A DNA stretch of 11,230 bases, from the NCBI GenBank assembly GCA_046757525.1, contig JBHHYI010000135.1:1-11230 (forward strand). Direction: 5' to 3'. This DNA comes from a bacterium. GTDB lineage: Bacteria > Zhuqueibacterota > Zhuqueibacteria > Oceanimicrobiales > Oceanimicrobiaceae. Position numbers and translations under genes: made by a program. Below, in pieces: positions 1-7,008 of the stretch (its first letter is position 1; every line of letters begins with the position of its first letter). The notes below the pieces were generated by a model that searched no databases, was not told the DNA's origin, and worked only from the letters and a program-made list of their open reading frames with translations.

Positions 1-36
1 TCAGAAACCGACTTTTTTCGAAAAAGTCGGTTTCTA
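1..36. repeat. Palindromic REP-like intergenic repeat, copy 1
   Basis: Perfect 15-bp inverted repeat AGAAACCGACTTTTT (3..17) / AAAAAGTCGGTTTCT (21..35) with a 3-nt loop. It is 35/36 identical to 2545..2580 and may extend left of the window. Confidence 0.85.
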
Positions 37-48
37 CGGCATTGAAAT

Positions 49-54
49 GGAGGA
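49..54 (+). promoter_or_regulatory. Shine-Dalgarno site for the ABC permease
   Basis: GGAGGA at 49..54, with GGAGG 5 nt before the ATG at 59. This favours 59 over the ORF-track start at 47. Confidence 0.75.
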
Positions 55-58
55 CATC

Positions 59-2476
59 ATGTTCAAGAACTATCTTAAAATTACCGTGCGTAATCTTCTC
101 AAGCAGAAGATTTACTCGCTGATCAACATCAGCGGTCTGGCTTTGGGAATGGCCTGTTTTCTCCTCATCAGTTTGTTTATTCAATTCCAGTTTAGTTTCG
201 ACCAGTTTCACAACAACAAGGACATTTATCTGATTTACAGAGAAGGAGGTGTTGAAGACAGAATCGAAAAGAGAGCCAATATTGGGGCGCCGTTAGCGCC
301 GCTGCTTCTGCAAAATTTCCCCGAAATTAAGAATGCCGTGCGGTTTTCTTTCTTTAACGGGGTGGTTAGTTCTGACCAAAAGCGATTCACCGAAGAGCTG
401 ATTTTTTCCGATGCCTCGCTTTTTGATGTCTTTTCATTTCATCTCAAAATGGGGGATACAAAGACAGCGCTCACAGAGCCATTTTCGATCATCCTTTCAC
501 AGGAAATGGCCATCAAGTACTTCGGCGATGAAAATCCAATCGGTAAGGTCATTTCGTTTAAAACCAGTTGGCATGAGAGGAAATTCGATTTCAGCGTTAC
601 TGGAGTTTTGCAAAAAATTCCTGAGAACTCGCACATCCAATTCGATTTTCTGGCTTCGTACAAAAGTTTATACACCATCATGAATATCATAGATCCTCAC
701 TGGCTCACCGATCACTGGGATTCTGCAACGTTGACCTATATTCAATTAAGGGAGAACTACGCGCCAGATGATCTGGAAAAGCTCATGGTAGATTTCACAG
801 ACAAATATGTTGGTAAAATGGCTTACAATTGGCTGAAACTAAAACTGCTTCCTTTTGTGCAGGTCTATTCTCGTTCGGCTGACTTGAGTGGATTCCTATT
901 CACCAGCAGCGGGGATATTCGACTCATTTCTATCATCTTTGGTTCACTGGCTCTTTTCATTTTGCTGATTGCCTGCATCAACTTCATGAATCTCTCTACC
1001 GCGCGTTCGGCAACGCGTGCCCGGGAAGTCGGCATTCGTAAAGTGGTTGGGGCGGCAAGAACACAGTTGATCGGGCAGTTCCTGGGCGAGTCCTTGCTGT
1101 TCAGTCTCCTGGCCCTGTTGTTTGCTCTGTTGCTGGTCGAACTCCTGCTGCCCTATTTCAACAACTTCGCCGGCATAAACCTATCGATAAGTTATCAGAA
1201 CAATTTCGCTTTCATCCTGCTCATGCTGTTCACGGCTGTTGCGGTTGGCATGGCTTCGGGCAGTTATCCCGCTTTCTTTCTCTCCGCTTTCAATCCAATC
1301 AAAGTGATGAAGGGCGAAACCTCGGGCCAGTCTTCGAATGCGTTTAGAAAAACCCTGGTGGTGTTTCAATTTACTATTTCCGTGATCCTGATCGTGGGTT
1401 CCATCATCATATTAAAACAGATGAATTTCATCAGAAACAAAGACTTAGGATTTAAAAAAGAACACATCGTGGTCATTCCGATTCGGGACCAGGCCGCCAA
1501 ACGCAATTATGATTTGATTAAGGCGGAATTGAAAAGAAGTCCGGGCATTGTGAACGTAACCGCCGCATCCCAGGTGCCAGGCGTCACATCACAAAATGGC
1601 ATTATGATCAAATCGGAGGGTGTGGAAGATGTGCTGCTGGGGATCATCTATACAGATTTTGATTACGTGGCCACGCTTGGCCTGAACCTCGTCGAGGGCC
1701 GATCGCCTGAGTTGGACATTTCTACCGATCTTAGCCAGGCCGTACTCATGAACCAGGCTGCGTTGAAAAAGCTGAATTGGACATCAGGTGCCGGAAAGCT
1801 TGTTGAGCTGTACTTCAAATCTGACGGAAGAGTCCAGAAGTTTTACACCGGCAAGATCGTCGGGGTTGTGAGAGATTTCAATTTTCGAGCTTTGACGCAG
1901 CCCGTTCAGCCGGTACTGTTCAAGATCGATCCGCGCCGTTGTCAAAACATCCTGATTCGAGTCGGCGGCACGAATCTGGACCGGTCTCTCGCTACAATTC
2001 AGAAGACCTTAGCGACATTTGCCCCGGACCAACCCAACGATTTCTATTTCCTGGACCAGAGAATCGATCAGATGTACCGCTGGTTTTTTGACTTTGGGAA
2101 GATGGTGCGCATAGCCACACTGATTTCTATTTTCATTTCGTGTCTCGGATTGTTCGGGTTAGCTTTTTTCGCTACCGAACGAAGAACCAAAGAGGTTGGC
2201 ATTCGCAAGACCCTGGGGGCCACTGTGCCCGGCATCGTGGCACTCTTGTCGAAAGACTTTTTGAAACTGGTGCTGATAGGAAATATTGTGGCCTGGCCCC
2301 TGGCTTATCTGCTCATGAAACAGGTGCTGCAGAATTTTGCTTATCGGACCGGGATTGGGCCCGAAATATTCGTTCTGGCCACCTTGTTATCGATGGTCAT
2401 TGCCTGTTTTACCGTGAGCTACCAATCGGTAAAAGCGGCGCTGGCGAACCCGGTTGAAGCATTACGTTACGAGTAA
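59..2476 (+). CDS. ABC transporter permease, MacB/FtsX-like, internally duplicated (2 x [periplasmic core + FtsX TM domain]), ~805 aa
   Basis: Family-typical N-terminus MFKNYLKITVRNLLKQKIYSLINISGLALGMA. Twin motifs IACINFMNLSTARSATRAREVGIRKVVGA and CLGLFGLAFFATERRTKEVGIRKTLGA. C-terminus KAALANPVEALRYE. No ATPase gene is in the window. Confidence 0.95.
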   Translation: MFKNYLKITVRNLLKQKIYSLINISGLALGMACFLLISLFIQFQFSFDQFHNNKDIYLIYREGGVEDRIEKRANIGAPLAPLLLQNFPEIKNAVRFSFFNGVVSSDQKRFTEELIFSDASLFDVFSFHLKMGDTKTALTEPFSIILSQEMAIKYFGDENPIGKVISFKTSWHERKFDFSVTGVLQKIPENSHIQFDFLASYKSLYTIMNIIDPHWLTDHWDSATLTYIQLRENYAPDDLEKLMVDFTDKYVGKMAYNWLKLKLLPFVQVYSRSADLSGFLFTSSGDIRLISIIFGSLALFILLIACINFMNLSTARSATRAREVGIRKVVGAARTQLIGQFLGESLLFSLLALLFALLLVELLLPYFNNFAGINLSISYQNNFAFILLMLFTAVAVGMASGSYPAFFLSAFNPIKVMKGETSGQSSNAFRKTLVVFQFTISVILIVGSIIILKQMNFIRNKDLGFKKEHIVVIPIRDQAAKRNYDLIKAELKRSPGIVNVTAASQVPGVTSQNGIMIKSEGVEDVLLGIIYTDFDYVATLGLNLVEGRSPELDISTDLSQAVLMNQAALKKLNWTSGAGKLVELYFKSDGRVQKFYTGKIVGVVRDFNFRALTQPVQPVLFKIDPRRCQNILIRVGGTNLDRSLATIQKTLATFAPDQPNDFYFLDQRIDQMYRWFFDFGKMVRIATLISIFISCLGLFGLAFFATERRTKEVGIRKTLGATVPGIVALLSKDFLKLVLIGNIVAWPLAYLLMKQVLQNFAYRTGIGPEIFVLATLLSMVIACFTVSYQSVKAALANPVEALRYE

Positions 2477-2484
2477 TGCGAAAA

Positions 2485-2518
2485 TCCGGCTTTGACGGGC
2501 CTGTCCGGCTCTTGACGG
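2485..2518. repeat. Short imperfect direct repeat just after the permease stop
   Basis: TCCGGCT-TTGACGG (2485..2498) and TCCGGCTCTTGACGG (2504..2518), identical apart from one inserted base. Confidence 0.5.
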
Positions 2519-2544
2519 ATCGAGAGTTTGCGGTATGAATGAGG

Positions 2545-2580
2545 TCAGAAACCGACTTTTTTCAAAAAAGTCGGTTTCTA
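2545..2580. repeat. Palindromic REP-like intergenic repeat, copy 2, between convergent genes (possible transcript-end or stability hairpin)
   Basis: TCAGAAACCGACTTTTTTCAAAAAAGTCGGTTTCTA, with the inverted repeat spanning 2547..2579. One mismatch versus copy 1. The following bases are also similar (TGGAATT vs CGGCATT). Confidence 0.85.
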
Positions 2581-2648
2581 TGGAATTCTAATCTTGGTTG
2601 CGGGCGGGGTCCAATTCCTCCCCGAATTTGGGTTTGTTTGGCCTTGCC

Positions 2649-3044
2649 TCACGAGCTTTCTGCGTACGCCTTGAGGCGCAGGTTGTACACAACACCAATG
2701 AGCAAACCCAGCAGGAAGCCCAGGCCAAAGCTCCAGATCATTCCTATGAGCGTACCCGCAAAGACAGTTCCAATGGTGTTTCCTAAATGAAATCCGGGAA
2801 AAAGCTGCTCAAAAAAGCCCAGGTTTGCTGACCCCAAACCCAGTTTGTTGACGGCCAGGGCCACGACCACATAGAACAACATAAACAGTGCTGCCGCTAT
2901 CCCAATGGCGAGCCCCATATCGACGGGATAAAATCGGAACGGTTTGGTGGGAAAAAACATCTCCCGTTGGTCTTCAATGGGCGGCGGTGGGGGAGGCACG
3001 GTAGATTCTTCTACGGGCAAATTGGGTAGTCTTCCATCAGGCAT
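2649..3044 (-). CDS. Small 2-TM membrane protein (~131 aa) with an acidic poly-Pro N-terminal tail; paralog of the N-terminal domain of 7009..8424 (resembles DUF5676 / so-called holin-like small membrane proteins)
   Basis: GAGGAG lies 7 nt before the ATG at 3044 (the ORF track starts at 3077). Hydrophobic segments GLAIGIAAALFMLFYVVVALAV and TLIGMIWSFGLGFLLGLLIGVVYN flank an FPGF loop motif. The family name is from recalled motif similarity only. Confidence 0.8.
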   Translation of the reverse strand: MPDGRLPNLPVEESTVPPPPPPIEDQREMFFPTKPFRFYPVDMGLAIGIAAALFMLFYVVVALAVNKLGLGSANLGFFEQLFPGFHLGNTIGTVFAGTLIGMIWSFGLGFLLGLLIGVVYNLRLKAYAESS

Positions 3045-3100
3045 GATTCGACTCCTCAAATGGTTAATTGGTACCACGTTATTTTTTGACGCAAATAATG

Positions 3101-6061
3101 CTAATAGGCATTCTGATACAATTCAAACACAGCCCAGAAGTACGGCAACGGAGAACCGTCCTCTTCGCGCAGTGCCTGAATGCTCTGTTTCTTGGCTCTG
3201 TGCAGGGCTTCAATGACCGGAGTACCTCTCACAACTTCGTGAAACAACTCGCCGGTGAGGCTGGCAGAGCGTCGGTCGTCATTCTTCCACAAGCTTGCGA
3301 TGACGAATGGCACCTGTGACAGCGAGAAGACACGGACCAAATTCAATACGCCTTCTCCTCGTAAGACTTTGCCGCTGCTGGTCTCACAGGCGCTCAATAC
3401 GGCCAATTTGGTACTTGAGAGGCTGAGCTGTAGCAACCGACGTGCGTACACTTTTGACCAGGACGTCCGTCCATTGGTGCCGTTGTCACTGTGGAGCACG
3501 ATGTAAGAATTCAGCGGATGGTGTGGGTCTGCCACAGCGTGCACATTGAGGTAAACTATTTGTGGACCAGCCTCTAAGTGGCTTTTCATGGTTTCATAAG
3601 TAGCCAACTGATTCTCCAGGATGGTGGCGTTCTGGAAAAGCCGTCGTATGCTTCTTTTCTGGATTCTTGTGCTGGGGAGATCGCCGGCAACCATCAAAAA
3701 TCGTGCGCTGGCAAGCCCGAAATTCTCAGGTGGGGACTTTGAGCTCCGGTGTAATACGGTCAAGCTCGGCGCTTTAGCCCAAACATAGCGTTCATCAAAA
3801 AAGCTGTCTGCTTCGGTGACCAATGCCCCAAAGGGCAGGCGATGCAAAATACCATCGGGCAATATTAGCAATTGCTTCCCCGGAATTATTTTACCGGAGA
3901 CGGGACGTATCAGTAGCTCGTACAACGCTGCACCAAGGTTGACATTCTCGTCATAGACCGCCTGAATATTTTTTCTGACTTTCGCCTTGAAGGTTGCCAG
4001 CTCTTCAGCGCCAATGCTGCGCAGGAACTGCCGGACTTTCGACTCAATGGCTGTCGATGATTCAGGAATCAGGCTGAGATGGATCGCGCCTTTGTCCATT
4101 AGCCAAATGAGCAACGTGTCCCTGGTGATGCGGTATTCAATGACTTGCACAGAGTTGGGTATGCTCCGAAGCATTTCGTCAATGGATGGCACCTCGTTTT
4201 CCAGGAGTTGCCAGCGGTCTTTTTCTACGCCTATCAGGGTTGGGTTGGCTATGGCATCGACCAGGGAACGGGCGCGGGCGCGTTCGGCATAATGCAGGGC
4301 GACCTTGTTACGGCCAAGTGCGATGCAAGACAGGATGGCTTCGTCAAACATCTCCTGGATCGTGGCAAAGTAGCCCATGCGCAAGCTGTCCTGCCTAACA
4401 CCTGTTCGCAACCTCTCCACCAGATCGATGGCCCTTGCGATGGTTTGTGTTGAGCTTTCAAGTTGTCCTGATTTTTTTTCAACCTGGGCTACCCCAAACA
4501 AACCCATAGCCTGCAAACGAGGTTCCTGGATCTGTTCAGAGATTTGTATCACTTTGCCAAAAGACTCCCTGGCCAGGGGCAATTGTCCTCTGGCAAGGGC
4601 TGTCTCGCCATGACCCCAAAAAGCTTCAGCTTTGCCCAACTGATAGTTGACCACAGTTGCCAGCGAGTCAGCGGTTGCGAAGGCGAGGTCGGCGAAACTC
4701 AAGTCGTTTTGTTTTAACTTTACCCCACCCAGGCCTAACCAGATGTTGCAGGCAGATCGATTTCCATTCGGCTGCGACAACTTCAAAGCGCGCCGATAAC
4801 TCTCGGCAGCTTTGGCCAGGCTATCGGTCGCAGAATGGATGAGACCCAGGCTTCTCAGCGAATTGGCCACCCTGCTCTCGTTACCGAGTTCACGCCTGAT
4901 GGCAAAAGACTTCTGTTCGAGCGTCAGTGCGTTTTCATATTCACCCAGGCGGTAATGCAAAAGAGCCAATCGACTCAACCCGATGGCCTCATTGAGTCTG
5001 TCGTTCTGTTCGTGAAAACCGCTTACTGCTTGCTGGTACAAGGACATGGCGCGGCCATATTCGCCTAATTCATAATAGATGGAGCCCCGTGTGATTCGTG
5101 CACGATTCAAATAGATTCCTTTCTTGTCGATGGAAGGCAGCACTTGCAGAAGGCTGTCGGCTCGTTGAAAATCTTCCATCCGGTAGCGTACCTGAGCCAG
5201 GCTAAAATAACTGCTGGCCAACTCCCCGGTGTCTTGCAAAAACGTTGCGATCGCAATGCTCTGTTCCAGGGTTGCGATAGCCTCAGAGTCCATGTCAAGC
5301 TCGCGATAGCTTTCGGTCATTTGGCGCAGAGCGGTGGCCACGCGCCTTTTGTAGCCTACTCGTTCCCCCTTTTCTACAATCTGCTCGCCAAGCTCAATGA
5401 CGGCCTGGTGGTTGTCATCGCCGAGCAAAAACCATTGCAGCGATACCATGGCATCTATTTCCAGCTTTGGGTCGCCAGCTTTTCTGGCCAACTCTAACGC
5501 GCGTTCATAAACTTGTCTTGACTGGCTCAACTTACGGGCAAAGAGCAGCTCATAGGCGTGGGCGTACAGTGCACTTGCCTGGGCCCTTTGTCGCAGTGGC
5601 TTCGGGCCCAGCTTGTCAATACGGTCCACTTGCTTGAGCAAAAAAGAATCCTGGAATACCGTGGCCAGATCCATTCCAATTTCCCGCGCTGTTTTGAAGT
5701 TGGTGTCGGCGCGCAGCATCTCACCTCGATCCCGAAAGAGGGTGGCTTGTTCCAACAAAACCAGGCCCACGTTTTGAATGGCGACATAATTATGGCGCAG
5801 CCAATCATCCACGCTACCCGGATTCTTTCCGTTGCGAATGGCTTCCCACTCCGACATGGTTCGCAACTTCACCGAATTTAGGGTGTAGGCCTTGAGGCTG
5901 TCCGGAGGAATCATGCTCATTGGGTCGTCAAGGACGTCGGGTTCGGAGCGAATCGCGAACATTTTCAGGCCGATGACGCCCAGGGTGACCAGTCCAGCCA
6001 GCAGCCACACTTGCCACGGGATTCGAGATAAACGCAGGTTAATACTTTCTATCCTGGCCAT
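3101..6061 (-). CDS. Membrane-anchored TPR-CHAT domain protein (caspase/separase-like clan CD cysteine protease), 986 aa
   Basis: N-terminal TM (WQVWLLAGLVTLGVIGL), then multiple TPR-like repeats. The CHAT region shows AERARARSL, LYELLIRPV, ILPDGILHRLPFGAL, YLNVH(841)A, VLSAC(892)ETSSG, GEGVLNL, VIASLW and PYFWAVF. Confidence 0.93.
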   Translation of the reverse strand: MARIESINLRLSRIPWQVWLLAGLVTLGVIGLKMFAIRSEPDVLDDPMSMIPPDSLKAYTLNSVKLRTMSEWEAIRNGKNPGSVDDWLRHNYVAIQNVGLVLLEQATLFRDRGEMLRADTNFKTAREIGMDLATVFQDSFLLKQVDRIDKLGPKPLRQRAQASALYAHAYELLFARKLSQSRQVYERALELARKAGDPKLEIDAMVSLQWFLLGDDNHQAVIELGEQIVEKGERVGYKRRVATALRQMTESYRELDMDSEAIATLEQSIAIATFLQDTGELASSYFSLAQVRYRMEDFQRADSLLQVLPSIDKKGIYLNRARITRGSIYYELGEYGRAMSLYQQAVSGFHEQNDRLNEAIGLSRLALLHYRLGEYENALTLEQKSFAIRRELGNESRVANSLRSLGLIHSATDSLAKAAESYRRALKLSQPNGNRSACNIWLGLGGVKLKQNDLSFADLAFATADSLATVVNYQLGKAEAFWGHGETALARGQLPLARESFGKVIQISEQIQEPRLQAMGLFGVAQVEKKSGQLESSTQTIARAIDLVERLRTGVRQDSLRMGYFATIQEMFDEAILSCIALGRNKVALHYAERARARSLVDAIANPTLIGVEKDRWQLLENEVPSIDEMLRSIPNSVQVIEYRITRDTLLIWLMDKGAIHLSLIPESSTAIESKVRQFLRSIGAEELATFKAKVRKNIQAVYDENVNLGAALYELLIRPVSGKIIPGKQLLILPDGILHRLPFGALVTEADSFFDERYVWAKAPSLTVLHRSSKSPPENFGLASARFLMVAGDLPSTRIQKRSIRRLFQNATILENQLATYETMKSHLEAGPQIVYLNVHAVADPHHPLNSYIVLHSDNGTNGRTSWSKVYARRLLQLSLSSTKLAVLSACETSSGKVLRGEGVLNLVRVFSLSQVPFVIASLWKNDDRRSASLTGELFHEVVRGTPVIEALHRAKKQSIQALREEDGSPLPYFWAVFELYQNAY

Positions 6062-6074
6062 GGTAGGCGCGTGT

Positions 6075-6998
6075 CTAATCGATGTTTGTCTTGTGTGTCA
6101 AATTAGCGTCAACTGGCAGTTGCCTGCGACGTTCATTCGCTTGCCGCAGCAACGCCTCGTCTCCCCACACGCGTGTCAACACCGTTCCCATTGCGTACAC
6201 CCAGGCCAGCCGCCGATCGACTTCGTTGTAATTCTCAGATTTTTGCCACAGCTCGGCTTGTTTGAGTAGCTTTTCACCCACCGATTTTACCAGCTTCCGT
6301 CTGCCGTGCACCAGACCGTCGAGGTAACTGGTGTTACCCAGGCCAGCGGCGTTGTGCCATTTTTGAAGAAGCTGTTGTTCTGCTGCGTTTAAGGAGCTTT
6401 CCGGTGCGTTTTCTCCCGGTGGGTTGAAGACGACCGGGCCATTATCTCTGATTTTGTCCCCGGCGAGAAAAGGGATCGAGATGAACCCAATCAGAACCGC
6501 CACAATCATCCCACGAAAAAATCCAGACAGGCCGCCTTTTTCGGAGCTTGTCCGCTGCCAGGGCTTTTTGAACGCCCGGTTGGCATTGCCCAGCTCCACC
6601 GACTTGCGGCGAGCAAACCAGGCAGCGTAGACCTGCTCAAAATCGGGCATGTGGTTCTTACGAATGGCGTCCATCTCATTTGTAACCTGTTGCAGTTCGT
6701 TGGTCACCGCCTGGGCCCGGAAGCTCGGTGTCTTCGAATCCGGCTGCTTGAACTCGCCGAATAAGGCCCTGCGCAGAGTGAAGCTATGTCCTACCAGGGA
6801 CTCATATTGATCGAGTATTTCATGCGTTAAACCACGGGACCCGTCTTCGGCCTGGTCCCTTGCCGATGCTGCCTTAAAGCTCGATTCATCTTCAGAGCCA
6901 GAGACAGGAAGCTTCGGTTTGAGGGACCTGTCTGTGAGGGGTACGCGCAGGTGATGTGCCAACAGCAACTGACGAAATGCAGGATCGAAATTCAACAT
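6075..6998 (-). CDS. Hypothetical single-pass membrane protein (~307 aa); C-terminal domain paralogous to the post-TM domain of the downstream CHAT protease
   Basis: GAGGAGG overlaps the upstream stop codon and lies 5 nt before the ATG at 6998 (the ORF track starts at 7040). Central TM GMIVAVLIGFISIPFLAG, preceded by basic residues. An ungapped 86-aa alignment to CHAT residues 60-145 gives 20 identities. Confidence 0.85.
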   Translation of the reverse strand: MLNFDPAFRQLLLAHHLRVPLTDRSLKPKLPVSGSEDESSFKAASARDQAEDGSRGLTHEILDQYESLVGHSFTLRRALFGEFKQPDSKTPSFRAQAVTNELQQVTNEMDAIRKNHMPDFEQVYAAWFARRKSVELGNANRAFKKPWQRTSSEKGGLSGFFRGMIVAVLIGFISIPFLAGDKIRDNGPVVFNPPGENAPESSLNAAEQQLLQKWHNAAGLGNTSYLDGLVHGRRKLVKSVGEKLLKQAELWQKSENYNEVDRRLAWVYAMGTVLTRVWGDEALLRQANERRRQLPVDANLTHKTNID

Positions 6999-7008
6999 TT
7001 TAGCCTCC

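Noticed and set aside
2547..2579. Classical rho-independent terminator
   Set aside because: The T/A tracts are inside the stem next to the loop rather than trailing it, and a near-identical copy sits directly upstream of a gene's RBS. It is kept only as a repeat.
1..2580. 36-bp palindromic repeats as a CRISPR array (tempting given the TPR-CHAT + sigma resemblance to Craspase)
   Set aside because: There are only two copies, 2.5 kb apart with a whole gene between them. No spacer-sized intervals and no cas genes are in the window.
2539..2790. + strand ORFs 2539..2790 and 2598..2786
   Set aside because: The first reads through the palindromic repeat (ETDFFQKSRFL), and both overlap the better-supported minus-strand membrane gene. 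Neither shows protein-like features.
2649..3044. Prophage lysis cassette, based on holin-like appearance
   Set aside because: No endolysin, spanin, structural or integrase genes are present. The same module is fused to a peptidase in the operon, so a holin function is unsupported.
3255..6630. Numerous 60-125 aa ORFs overlapping the CHAT and adjacent genes
   Set aside because: These are antisense or off-frame shadows of long coding genes, with no recognisable motifs.
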